From: the human T2T-CHM13v2.0 reference genome, Homo sapiens
Length of the DNA stretch: 64,000 bases
NCBI RefSeq assembly: GCF_009914755.1
Contig: NC_060925.1
Strand: one strand, 5' to 3'
The notes under the pieces were generated by a model, which did no database searches, was not told the origin of the DNA, and saw only the letters and a list, made by a program, of their open reading frames with translations. Every line of letters begins with the position of its first letter. The stretch's first letter is position 1. This document shows positions 1 through 37,194 of the stretch, piece by piece. The position numbers were made by a program, and so were the translations under genes.

Positions 1-215
1 CAAAATGGAAATAGTGCATGTTTTAGAGGATCAGAGAGACCTAGTTTCACATTTTGCCCCAACAATTTACCACTATACAATCTTGGGCTGGTCAATTAAC
101 TGCCTAGTTTGGATATAGTTTCCCCGTCTAAAATGTCAGCAATACTGTTTCCTCCTTGAGTTCTTATAAGATTAATTTGTGGTAACATTAATAGGTACTT
201 AATATGTAATGGTTC
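1..215 (+). mobile_element. MIR SINE fragment
   Basis: Degenerate MIR core (...atcttgggc...agtttccccgtctaaaatg...gattaattt...). Confidence 0.5.
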
Positions 216-1677
216 TCTTCTCCTTCTTCAACCCAATTCCATTTATACTGACCACTCTTTAATACATTTTCATTTCTGACCGAAATCTCAGCCTAACAAT
301 CATCATTTATTTGAAAACATCTGCATAGTCCTTCCCATTTTTTACTCAATTATGAAAATTTACTTATAACTCTCTGATTTTTAAGGAAAAGTCCTGTTTT
401 GGGATTATTTTCCTCTAAACCACTTTCTCTCTCTTCCCTGCCACGTAGCTGGTGAAATAACACAAGCCTGAGGATTTTTCTCTCCAACCCCTTCAACTTA
501 AACTCTACCATACCATCATTGAAAGACCTAGCAGGAACAGGGTGTACTCCAAGAAAAAAGGAAAAGCAAGGCCAATTCTGACCCCACCTTTAGAAGAAAC
601 AAACAAACAAACAAACAACAAAAACAAAACAGAAAGTTCTATCCTTAAGCTTACATTTCCATGCTTCTATTGTCATTAGGCTGGTAGGGCCCAGATAAGA
701 GTGTAAACCAAAGGAAAGGCGACAAGAAGGCCATTTGGCTAGCTTCTAGTGCAGAGGTAAGAGAAGTGCTTATGTTTACATATTGCCTCATTTAATTCAT
801 CATGAGATTGCATGAAGAATATGAGTCGAAGGCCCTAAACAATAAAGAGAGTTCTTTTGCCTCAAGTATGTACCATCACAACTTGACCTTGCAGGAATGT
901 TAGGAAACTGATCCATTCTCTTTCATGACAACATTCAGGCTTGAGTAGCAAGAGGTCAACAGGTGGTCAGGTAAAAGGAATAATTTGAGAAAATAAATAA
1001 ATGCATCCAGAAAACTGCAAGTCATTCAGGATTACTGGAGCTCTGGGTGAATGCAAGAAACTCAGCTTCTCACATGGACTTGAATACTAGGTTATTGAGC
1101 CTCAAATTTAACTTTACACAATGAAGGAGAACATAAATTTTTAAAAGAGGGCATAATTATATTTGTATATGTTAAAGATTATGCTCTTGGCAGTATATAC
1201 AGTGGCTTAGAAGTAGATGAGAAAAGAAGCAGAAAGTTAAGATGAGATGCTATTTCATTAACAAATATAAAGTATGAGGGCTTGGAACAGGGGAGCAACA
1301 AAGGGATTAGAGAAAAAAGGTAAGTTTAGAGTAATATTTTGGAGGAAGAATGGATATGCTCTGGTGACTAATTCAATATGAAGAATAAGAAAGAGAGATG
1401 AACTTGTGATGACACCAAGAGTTCTGATTTTAGTGAGTCCACTGGCATTTTCAATGATGAATACAAATTTGGCTCTGAGTTTCCCCTAATTAAGGGTAAA
1501 GGAAATGCCATGGTTTAGGTAACTCTTTAACTTTTGAATTTTTTCATTTTATTATATCTAGAGCAATCATTTTATCATTCTATCATATACCAATGAATAT
1601 ATTATCATACATCCATTTAAAATGGATAAAATTTGTCCATTTTATCTAGAATGATCATTTCTATATAGCATTCAGTT

Positions 1678-1860
1678 TAAAAGAAAAAGAAGACAGGAAA
1701 AGAAAATAGAAATGAAAAGAGGAATAGAGAGGAACAAAGACTAAACAATCCACAAGAGAAAAAAAATAGAGGAAGCAAAAAAAGGGAATGAAAAACTAAG
1801 AGGAGATGAAAATAAAGAAAGATGAGATGATATGATGAGTATTCTATGAAAAAAATAAAC
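1678..1860. repeat. GA-rich low-complexity tract
   Basis: Strongly purine (A/G)-biased on the + strand. Confidence 0.7.
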
Positions 1861-2727
1861 ACAGATCTATATGAATATCTACAGCAAACAAAACACTCAT
1901 AGACAAAGATACTTATACACAAACAGTTTGAACACACACAAAGAAGAATAACAAAAATAAGCACATAGAAGTTCCTTCAGACACATTAAGAAACAAAGAA
2001 AATCCAACTACCCTGAGACATTGTTTTGTATAAAGGAACGTTCCCACTTTCTGGCCCTTAGGAATATTGTCATTCTAAAAACTATTTGCATTTCTATGAA
2101 TATTCACAGGCATAAATCAGCACTAATGACTCTCAGTACTTACACCACAGGCCAGAATAAAAATTTAACCAAAGACCAAAAAGATCACCATTCATTTAGC
2201 ATTTAATTAGCATTTTCCATTCAACTGTATCCATATACTGACCTAAGCAATTTAGTTTACCACTTTCTTGAGTCTTTTCCACTACTTATTACCTTATAAT
2301 TCCATCCAAGGGATTTCTCTGATCACTTGCTTCACGTGCTGTATACTCCAGGAATGTGGAACCACTAGAAGTTCTATGAGCTTGTTTTGCTCTGTCTCAC
2401 TTCCTCATCTTTCTACAAGTAGTTGAATGGAATGCCCTCCCCATACCATTGTCTTCCAACCCAAATTTTATTTAGTACTCTCTATTTGTTAATTCCAGAT
2501 ATGGCCCTGGGGATACAAAAAGAACCAGACAGGGCCATTACCCTCGAGGAGCTGACCAAATAAAGGAAGTGGGAGCAATGGCATATAAACAAAAACACAG
2601 GGTATGATGAGTACTATTTGAAATGTGGGGGGAAGTATGATGATAGCACAAAGGAGTTAGTAAACCATTCTGTCTCAGCAAAGGCTTCAAATAGAATGTC
2701 AAACTTGAGCTAGGTTTTACGAATGTG

Positions 2728-3147
2728 CCGACAAAATATGTGGTATTCGTATACATACAACAGAATGTTATTCCGCCTTAAAAAGGAGGAAATTCTGACA
2801 CATGATGCAACATTGAAGAACTTGAAAACATTATCCCAGTTACTTTAAGCCAGTAACAAAGGGACAAATACATATGATTCCACTCTTATGAGATACTGAG
2901 AGTAGGACACTCAAATTCATAGAGACACAAAATATAGTGATGGTTTCCAGGGACTGGGGAGAGGGAGGAATGAGGAATTAGTGTTTAATGGGTACACAGT
3001 TTCACTTTTGCAGGATTAGACTTCCAGAGATGGATGGTGGTGATAGTTGCACAACAATGTGAAGTACTTGATGTCACTGAATTATACACTTAAAAATGGT
3101 TAAAATGGTAAATATTATGTTAAGGGTATTTTACCACAATTTAAAAA
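2728..3147 (+). mobile_element. Old L1 (L1M-type) 3' end
   Basis: ...ccttaaaaaggaggaaattctgacacatg...gatggatggtggtgatagttgcacaacaatgtgaa...ttttaccacaatttaaaaaa. Confidence 0.85.
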
Positions 3148-3319
3148 AGTCAGTTGGCATTCACCAAAAAGACAAAGGTGAACAAATATTAAATGAGAAC
3201 AAGTGCAAAGCTACAGAAATTTGAAACTGTACCACAAAAGAGTTCTTAGAAAAGTCATTTCCAAGGCAAAGGAAAAAGAACAAGAAATGATGAGGTTGGA
3301 AAGAGATGTAAGGGCCAGC

Positions 3320-3379
3320 TCAAAAAGTGCCTTGTATATAATATAAAGATCAAAAAGTGCCTTGTACATAATTCTAAGG
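3320..3379. repeat. 30-bp tandem duplication
   Basis: tcaaaaagtgccttgtaYataat twice, period 30. Confidence 0.8.
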
Positions 3380-4232
3380 AGTTTAAACTTTATCAGACAA
3401 TGTGGAAACAATCTGATCAGAGTATCAGAGCTTATAAATCTCTTCTGATACTGGCATCCCTCAGGGTTCTGTCGCTGCCCTTCTTCTCAAAACATACAGT
3501 CCAACTGTGTGATCTCATCCATTAGATTCAAGGGCAATCTATATATGAATATCAATCAAATAGATACCTCTATCTCCTGGGGCCCTGTATATCAAATTTT
3601 CCAGTTAACATTGTCTCAAAGCATCCCAAAATTAGCATGTTTAAAACTGAATCATCTTTCTTTTTCTATCTTCCCCCATTACTTTTCTAAGCCTCTTTCT
3701 CACCTATAATCTTCATCCCAATGAATGGCACATCATCAGACAAGTCATCCAACCCAGAAGCCTAGGAATCATAGGAGGCACTGAATTCCCAGTACCTATT
3801 GCAGTGGTAGTGGACTCGGAATAAATGGTTGTTGAATGATTTGCAGAATGACAGAATGGAAGATGCAAAATGGGATGGAGGTTAGTGCTGGAAGCAGGAA
3901 GGAAACCAATAAAATAGCCCAGGAGAAAGATAAGAAGTTTTCAGCCTTGGAGAGGAGATGGAGAAATAAAGTGATAGTCAGAAATTTGACAGGATTCAGT
4001 CGATTCATAATAAAGTCAAGTATAACTCCCAGCTTTCTAGCCTGGACTTTCATGTGAATCGTTTTGCCATTAACTTTGGCAAAGCAAACTGGATAATTAC
4101 CATTGTATTGTACTTATCTATGAGCATATATATTTCCCTTTTAACAACTGAGCTACTTAAGGTGGGGAAATTTTATTCACTTTTGTATCTCTAGCTTCTA
4201 GCAAATCATAGGCTCTTTAAAAATGTCCAGTA

Positions 4233-4698
<466 letters not shown>

Positions 4699-7329
4699 TT
4701 ATTTATTTACTTGCTCACTCACTCACTACATGTTTATTGAGTATCTATCGGACCAGGGCATCCAGGGTACATGGTCAGCAGAGAGCTGCAAATGCTGGAC
4801 TAGAGCTCCAGAGTGGGTCAAAGCTAGCGAGAGGCACTCCAATCCATATTGCTACATACATGTCAGACTCAAAAATGATGCCACAAAAGGGAGTAAGACT
4901 GACACAGAAGAAAAGAGGGCTGAGGCAAGAACACAGTGAGAAAATGATGGGTAGGGAGCAGAGTGTAAGAGAAATCATAAGAGAAGACTAAGGAATGCTC
5001 AAAGTTAAGTAAACTCAGAGACTAGTGTCAGAGAAGGCCAGTGAGGCTAAATGTTCAATGGTAGGGTAGCATTAAATGCTCATGCTGCAAGCCTGTAGCC
5101 CATGAGTTAGTTGTAAATAAGGGACAGACAGGCAATTTAACTTAATTTAATTTAATCTAATTAACAAGTATTTCAGACCCAAGGATTCATGGGATTGTGA
5201 ATGTCTTTTCTAGGTTCTATTTTAATGATTGTAATAGAATACTTATGGAGGAAAAAGATTCTTCTTATTAACCCAGTAAAACCATCACAGAATGATTGGA
5301 TTTTCCTTTTATTAGAGAAAAAAGAACTTTTACTTGTTCTACATATAACCCTTTTTATATTTTCTTGTCTCTGAGGACCCCAAGCCTAATGTTTTAAAAA
5401 ATTATTTGAATCTGTACTCAAATTGCATTCTGTCATCCAAGTAAAAAAAAAGGATCAATTCTGATGCCCTCCATGTGAGATTCTGTTTTCACAGCAGTTG
5501 TGATGGAATATCCTGAACAATTTATATTCTTCTGAATTTCCTTGAGACTAAAAGCATATGTTTACAAATTGAACCTGAAGGTCATACTGTAAGCAAAGCA
5601 CTGTACTAAGCACTGTGAAGCATGTAAAAGTATGTACTCTTCAACTTCAAGGAGCTTAAATCTAATTGAAAAGAAAAACCAGCTGTGCCCAGGTAAAACA
5701 CCACAGAGGATAAGAGAGTAAACAAAGTGATAAGCCATATACTATGCAGACAAAAGTTCCTTCTAGAGCTCCAAGAAAGGAAAGATTCATTTTGGTCAAA
5801 AGGAAGACTTCATAATAAAAGATGGGATTTGAGTCACAAGCAATAAGGAAAGGCATTCAGAGTAGAGAACAGAATAAATAATCAGTGAGAATGGGCAAGC
5901 TATGTGGGAAAAATAATGAGGCAATCAGCCTAACTAAAACAGTTTGGGTTGGAGAGAAACAGGAAATAAGATAGAACAGCTAAGGTTAAGTTATATTAGA
6001 AGCTTAGGCTACATGTTGGTAAACAGAATTCTATTTAGGTTCTTGAGCAGAAAGATAACATAATGAAAGTAAGATCATTCCCAATAGTCTGATTAAAATT
6101 AATGTTAAGTAGGGGATTTCTAGATTCACAGAACAATTCGTTCTGTCCAAAATTAAAGCACTCCATAAGAAAATTAATTCTATTTAATAAATAGACAAGA
6201 ATTTTCCCAGTGTTCTTAGTTCCTGCTTAAGATACTGTGATGTGCCCAGTGAAACTCAAGTCTAACACATGCACCCATGGAGCTCTCCACCCAGCTGGAG
6301 GAAGAAGGCACTTCTGAAGCATAAGCCTCATTAGCATATGCTCTAAATGTTAAGAACTGTGCTAAATTCTCTGTGGAACAACACTAAGAAAGATAAAGAA
6401 AATGAATTTCTACTTTCCCTTAGTTTTAAGTCTAGAAATTTCTGACTGCTTAAACTATACATACCTCACTTTTAAAAACACCAGAACACCCACAGATAAT
6501 GTCCTGAATTGATACCATAAATGGCAACGTCAAAAGACATGCACACACAACAAAAAAACTAAACACAAGGCTTATTTAAATAATAATAGTAAACTTTCAT
6601 GCAAAAAACATGTATAGGCATATTGTTTGGAAACATCTTAAATTTAAAAATTGCTTGGAAGCATACCATAACTCTGCTAGAACTCTTGAATGACAATTAA
6701 ATAAATTGAAATCATAAAATCACTGAGCTTAAATCACCTCAGAGGCCCTTTAATCCAATACTCTAAGCTCTGTTGGAAAATTTCTAATGACAGGTAACTC
6801 ACTATTTCAGGAAGTGTTTCAGTCAAACATCTAAAAAATTCATTTTGTAATGAGCCAAAAGCTTTTCCCACATAACAGCATTTCAAATATTTGAATCCCA
6901 TGATCATGTACACTGCAACCAGCCCTACATCCCTACCAGCCAAGTTTTTTCTCAAATTTTACTTGCCTCTCTAAATGGAAAAGTTAACTCTCACTAAACA
7001 ACTGCCTCTCTTTTTTATTTACATGGGGAGCATGATGTAATGGGAAGACCTCTGGAGAGAAAGTTAGGAAATCCATGTTTGAGTTTTTTTTTTAATTTCC
7101 TGAATGAACTCTTTGTGCTTTAGTTTCTTCTTATAAGATGAGGAAGATAATCTAGAGGGTCTCTTAAAGTATTTACCAATTTAATCTTGTACTCTATATT
7201 AAATAATTATACCTACATTGAAATTTAACCTCATTTACTGCAGGTACAGACTGTTGCCTGGGAAGCAGGAAAAGCAGTATACAGGAGTAGGGGGGACAGA
7301 TTTTTTTTTTTAACTATATGAGTTTAAAG

Positions 7330-7422
7330 AATAGATGGAATCAAGAAATGAAAAATACAAAATGGATGGAACCAAGAAATGAAAAATACAAAATGGATGG
7401 AATCAAGAAATGAAAATTATAA
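7330..7422. repeat. 31-bp minisatellite, 3 copies
   Basis: Unit aatggatggaatcaagaaatgaaaaatacaa at 7330, 7361, 7392. Confidence 0.9.
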
Positions 7423-7528
7423 AATATAAAAATAAATATACTATTCTGAAAAGCCAATTTTATGTACAAATGATTAATCTATGTCAAATGTGGAGATAAA
7501 TGTCCAAAAGATAGAGAGAGTATTTTAC

Positions 7529-30614
<23,086 letters not shown>

Positions 30615-30790
30615 TATTGCCTGTGCTGATTAGCAAGCAGTGTGTGCTGCTGTACCAAGCTCTCAGGAAATCTGGAAATTCCACATTAGTCTAAGTAGGA
30701 TATGGCCCCAAATCACTGAAAGTTCTTATCATATTATCTTGGTGGAATCCTCAGATTTCAGGATACCAAAGTTATGGGATAACAAGGTAC
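30615..30790 (-). other. TTLL7: TTLL7 exon 2, 5' UTR part (176 nt)
   Basis: Acceptor ...aaatcactgcag|G at 30791/30790; in-frame stops lie upstream of the ATG. The acceptor is inferred, not confirmed by cDNA. Confidence 0.7.
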
Positions 30791-32954
30791 CTGCAGTGAT
30801 TTTAAAACAAGGTCATTTAGAAAAAACTTTTTTGAATTTTTTTTCATATATGCCAAGACTATTCTTTTTAAAAGTCAAGGTGAAAGTTAATGTGTTCAAT
30901 CAACAAATAATTGTAAATCGGTTTATTAAACCTTACGCAAAATGCCAAGTGATGCTTTCCTATCCTGAAAGAATGCATAGTCTAGGGGAAGAAGTTTTAT
31001 TAAGTCACGTGTCACATGTATATTCAATAAATAATATACTATACACAAACAATAACAGCAATAACAATATTCACTACTATTTATTGAACACTTATTATCT
31101 TAGGCATTTATATTATACCATTTAATCTTTCAACAAACCTGTAAGGTAGAAGCTTTTATCCCCATCTTACAGATAAGTTGAGCTTAGAAAGGACAAATTA
31201 TTTTGTGTATCTTTACAAAGAAAATTACAACACAGAGATTAAAATGAAGATTCTTCTAATGTCAATGCCAGAGTGTCTTATTTAGAAACCCACACAACCT
31301 TCAACCCAATGCCTGAAACACTGCTTTTAATATGAGACAGTGAAAAGTGCCAGGCAGGGTAGAGGTCACATGTTGACAGAATGCAGAGAAGTGATTCCTA
31401 TATAAAGGATTATGGGGGACAACTTAATAAAGTAAACCACATCTTGAATTGTGCCTTAAAAAATGAGAACAGTTTTGAAGGACAGAAAATGGGTGGGGTC
31501 ATTATTATGATGATTTTATTCAGGCACACAGAGGAATGCAACAATCAATGAATTAATTTGATCTGGCTACATCTCAACATGGCCTATAGTACACTTTGCT
31601 TGTATTTTCATTGTAAATATATGAACGTAGGCATTTATGCCCTAACAATACCATATTGTTCAGTCTGTACTATCAACTTTCTAATTTCTCCTTATTGTAA
31701 GAATCCTTCAGTTCTTGTAAAATATCTATAAACACAATGAAAAATAAAACCTATTATGATAAGCAAAGGTATAATATCAACACCTTTATTAGATTGTCAA
31801 GTTTATCAGAAATTCAGAAACATCCAACATTCAGCTACATAAAACGTGAGTCCTATATCACTCCAAATATTCATTATTATTAATGTTTCAATATTAAAGA
31901 AAATTTAGGGTTTTATTTGTTCTCAGGTATCATTTTTACTAAAATGATTGTCTAGTATAATTCAATATCAAAACGGGGAACTTTTATTTATTACAGACCA
32001 ACTGTAGGTAGGCATTTTATTAAGCATTTTAAATATTTTATTTCATTAACAAACTTTAAATTTAGGTATCATTTCTCCCTATTTTCCAGAAAAAGAAACT
32101 AAGGCTAGATAAGTTAAACAAATCAAGGTAACATGGCTTAGAAATAGAAAACTTAGACTTTAAACCCAATTCTAATTATTCTATTCATTAAGCTCCCCTA
32201 TTTTCAGACCCCATGCTAACATAATATATAGACATATGAGAAGTTTCCAACCCTACTGCAGTACATGCCGCAAGATATGGCCATATTCTGGGAATTTGCA
32301 ATACTTCAAACAGTGAATTCACAGTAAAACATCTCTAAACTGATCTCAGCTCCCAATGCCAAGCTGGAAACAGACTGGATCACTTCTCAGAATAAAAGAA
32401 AGGAGTAGTGTAAAGTTTAGTTCAGTTTCTTTCTGGAGGCTCTCTGAAACCTCAGGGAAGTAACTATTTGAGTTTACAAGTTTTTTGTCCAACATCTTGT
32501 TACTGGAGTAAACAAAGATCCCCTTTACAGTAACAGAATACTTATTACATTGAAAGTAGGTGACAAAGTCAACAAGACTTTAAAAACAAGCTTCACCTAA
32601 CTATACTAGATTCTAAAAACAAATTTGTTAGTTTTTGACTTAAATAATAAGTCAAATGGCTGATTTGTACAGAGTTCAAAACAAGAACTTTTATCCCTTC
32701 CCCAAGGCATACAGGAATTTAAAGTTCTTAAAATTATACTATGCATATATGCGCTTTACTTAATTCCATTTATGCCTTAGTCAAAGTGCTTTAACAAACT
32801 CAAGGACTTCATTCAACCATGGCAATTCTAATCAGCTTTATTCTAAGCAAGAGATTTGAGATGACGGATTTATCCCACCACTCATTTGAAACCATAGTTA
32901 CCTACTTTCCAAAAGCAGAAAACATGTTTCAGTTACCTCTGAAATGCTTTAAGC

Positions 32955-33118
32955 CAATGGCTTCTCAACCTTGGCTGCAAAGCAGAATTGCCTGAATGAG
33001 GAGCTTTTGAAAATCCTGCTGTCCAGGCCACACCCCAGAACTAAGTGGGGCCCAACCATCAGCATTTCTAAAGCTCTTCATGTGATTCCAGTGCAGCTAA
33101 GGTTGAGAACCTCTACTG
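32955..33118. mobile_element. MER5/MER20-like hAT MITE
   Basis: caatggcttctcaaccttggctgc...aaggttgagaacctct inverted ends. Confidence 0.65.
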
Positions 33119-33726
33119 TAAGCACACGATGACAATGCAACAAATAATAGCTAATTATAACAACACATGAAATTATAAGAAAAAAAGTAAAAGAAAACTC
33201 ATAACTTTTTTAAAAAGACCAAATAGGTAAAAATTACCCACAAAAATCCTGTTTTCCTATCTAGTTCAAAAAAAAAAAAAACCAGAAAAAAATTTGACGG
33301 TGAGCACAAAATGATTTTTAAGATAAAGAAACAGAATTTATTTACAAAAGGAATCAATTTTCCAAAATTTCAAGCAAATGTTAACCTTGAACATAGAACT
33401 GTCAAGCACCAATAGATACACGAAATTGAAACAAAACCAAAATAATTCCAGTACATTTGTGCTAGAGTACCATTTCTTCCCTATTCTTCCGTTGAGCTTC
33501 TACCACACTTAAATTCCACATAAAATACCACTTTTTCCTGAAAGCTTTCTCTGATTATATCTGAAGAAATTCATTTCTCCCTCTTTTGGGCTATCACAGG
33601 CCTTATTTTTACCCTTATCATAATCACCTGCCAAAAAGATGGTTTTCTTCTATCTTGTTCACTCCTCCATTCCCAGGTCCTAGAATAGTGCCTGACCATA
33701 GTGTTCAATAAGCACTTGTTAATGTG

Positions 33727-34108
33727 TGCTATGGTTTGAATATTTGTGTCCCTCCAAAATTCATGTTGAAACATAGTCCCCAATGAAACAGTATGATGAG
33801 GTAGGACCTTTAGAAGGTGATTGGGTCCTGAGGGCTCCTTCCTCATGAATGGGAAGGACTTTATAATCAAGGCTTCACACAACCTTTCCATCCCTTCCAC
33901 CATGAGAACACAGCATCCATCTCCTTCAGAAGGTGCAGCAACAAAGTACCATCTTAAAAGCAGAAACAGCAGCCCTCACCGTCAATAAACCTGCCACCAC
34001 CTTGATGTGGACTTCCCAGCCTTCAGAAATTTGAGAAATAAATTTCTATTGTTTATAAGTTATCCAATTTGTGGCGTTTTGTTATAGCAGCACACACGGG
34101 CTAAGACA
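33727..34108 (+). mobile_element. MaLR solo LTR (MLT1A/MST-like)
   Basis: tgctatggtttgaatatttgtgtccc...aataaatttct...gttatagcagcac...ctaagaca. Confidence 0.85.
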
Positions 34109-34131
34109 CTGAGTTAATAAATCGGTTAATT

Positions 34132-34410
34132 AGCCAGGCACCATGGCTCATGCCTATAAATAATCCCAATACTTTGGGAGGCCTAGGCAGGAGGATCACT
34201 TGAGACCAGGAGTTTGAGACCAGCCTGAGCAACATCTCCACAAAAATTTAAAAATTAGCCAGGCATGGTGGTGCCTGCCTGTAGTCCCAGATACCTGGGT
34301 GGCTAAGAAGGAATGATAGCTTGAGCTAGGGAGGTCAAGGCTGCAGTGAGCTGTGTTCATGCCACTGCACTACAGCCTGGCAGCAGAGCGTGTCTTAAAA
34401 AACAAACAAC
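34132..34410 (+). mobile_element. AluJ
   Basis: gaggatcacttgag, gaggtcaaggctgcagtgagctg. Confidence 0.9.
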
Positions 34411-34511
34411 CAATCAATTCATGAGAGCTGAGAGAAAAGAGAAATAGTCATCAAGCTCTGAGAAGCAAATACATGTAATTTACAATATATTACTTTTCAC
34501 TTTAAAAAAAT

Positions 34512-35132
<621 letters not shown>

Positions 35133-36199
35133 CTAACCCACATTTTTAAGTGGAAAAAGCAAAGTACATAGAAGTTTACATATTACACTGCCACTTGAGC
35201 AAACCAACAGAGGAATATATGGAACATATCCACTGAGCAGTTGTGGCCTGCTATGGCTAGGGGTGGGGCTAAGGGAGACTTACTTGTACTTACCTTTAGT
35301 ACTCTGTATATGTATTACCTGTTCAAAAAAGTAAAATATATGTGATAAAATTTTGTATCAATATAATCATGTTGATAACCAAAATCATCAAACTGTGTTC
35401 TCCATTTAAGTGAAAATACCTTTATTTCATTTAAATGAAAGTATAATATGGTAGAAAGAGCACTGAACAAGGAGTCAAATCAAATTCCTATCCTTTAATT
35501 TTCCACTTAGCAGATATAAATTCTTAGGCTGCAAAAGTAAAAGATTTATTCTTTCCACCCCTAAAGTCTAAAATGGCAACCAATGAAGATAACATTGCTG
35601 ATATATTTTATGGCAAAAGATGAAGACAAACTTCTTTTATGTAAAAGAAGGAAACACAAAGAAAACTCAGACCTTCTCCAGCAACCCTCAATCCATACCC
35701 CAGTAAACATAATATATGAGGTCTTTGTACATTAATTTTTAGCTCACCCAAAGATTACTAAAATAATCAAACAAAAAGTCAAGAGGATCCAAAAATAGGG
35801 TTAAGTTAAAAATATGTAAAATAATATTAAATAAAAACATAATAAGAGCTGTTTTGTTGTGACAAGAGGAAGGAGAAAAGAACCAGTACAAACCAGTATC
35901 TACTTTCACATAACTTTATTTAGTCCACCCAACAAATACCCAGTACCTTTTATTCCCATTTTATATATGGGAAAATGTAGGCTCCAAGGTTAAGAAACTT
36001 GCACAAAGTCACACATCTAATAGGTTGAAGTGGTTTGTGGCTTCTACCTATTAGAAGAAGTATGGGAAGGAAACCCATATTCCTTCCCACTTTTTGTGCT
36101 ACCTTCAAAATTCAGCCTTTAAATATAACATATTGAAGATTTCGCAAAGATGCTTGATTTTGTTCGACTGAATCTACGTTAAAAGCTGGAGCCCAAGGA

Positions 36200-36378
36200 C
36201 ATAGTGAGAAGGCAGTCCTCTGAAAGCCAGGAAGATAGCCCTCACCAGGAACCTAATTGTCTTGAGCCTTTTTTATCTTAGACTTCCCAGCCTCCAGAAC
36301 TGTGAGAAATAAATATCTATTGTTTAAGCTACCTAGTCTATTATACTTTATTATAGCAGCCTGAGCAGACTAAGACAT
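36200..36378 (+). mobile_element. MLT1 LTR 3' fragment
   Basis: gacttcccagcctccagaactgtgagaaataaat...tatagcagcctgagcagactaagaca. Confidence 0.8.
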
Positions 36379-37194
36379 TGAGTCCAGTCTGCCCCTGGCT
36401 TCACAGAGTAGATAATTAAACTCTATCCTGAGCTTGCTATGGATTGTAACAATGATAATGAGGAAGAGCAAGAAGACAACAAAGAGGAAGAGAAGGATGG
36501 GGTTGATATCATCACTTATGTAAAACATCCTATGTGCCAGGCACTTTTTGAGGTTTATACATATAAAACTCTGACCTTCAAAACCCTAAAAGATAGATTA
36601 TTATCCTCATTGATAATCGTTTAAAGAAAAGAGATATAATGAACAATGATATTGAAAAACAAGTTATAAGAAAATTTTAAAGTAACAATTTTGCAAATAT
36701 GTCTCAAGATAATCTTCTCCAGATCCCTAAATTGTAATTATCGGATGAAAGACATTTCTACTATCACTTCCAAAAAAAAGAGAAAAATAACAAATGTAAC
36801 AAAAAATATATCCAAGTAAGCTTTTACTTTGAGGCAAAAACACTCTCCACACACATTAACATTATTTGCAGAGAGGTCATTACAATTAACAGTCAGAAAT
36901 CTATTACTTCCTAAAAATTATAAAAATAAGGCAGTTGTATATGCAAAAAGTAGTATTTCCAAATATCAGGTCATGAATGAAATTTTGTCCATTTTTGTAT
37001 TATTAATTTCATTAAATTTCAGCACTTGGTTCCCAAACCAAATTTGATATATGCTTTCTCTTATATGAAATCATGCTTTTTCTCATATGAAAGAGAATAA
37101 AAGTAAATGAAACATGCCACTTTTAAACATCAAAATTTAAAATGCTTATTTGTTTTGAATATTATTCAGATTGGATTTAATGTCAGTTCTACAT

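Noticed and set aside
1677-1964. 95-aa very hydrophobic minus-strand ORF
   Set aside because: Artefact of the GA-rich low-complexity tract
7330-7422. Regularly spaced repeats as a possible CRISPR-like array
   Set aside because: Head-to-tail units without unique spacers in a eukaryotic intron; a plain minisatellite
30640-31125. 161-aa plus-strand ORF antisense to exon 2
   Set aside because: GTG start, low-complexity AT-rich tail running into MIR-like sequence, no recognisable domain
36439-36624. Acidic 61-aa ORF (DNEEEQEDNKEEEK)
   Set aside because: Degenerate trinucleotide tract abutting a MIR; no splice or homology support
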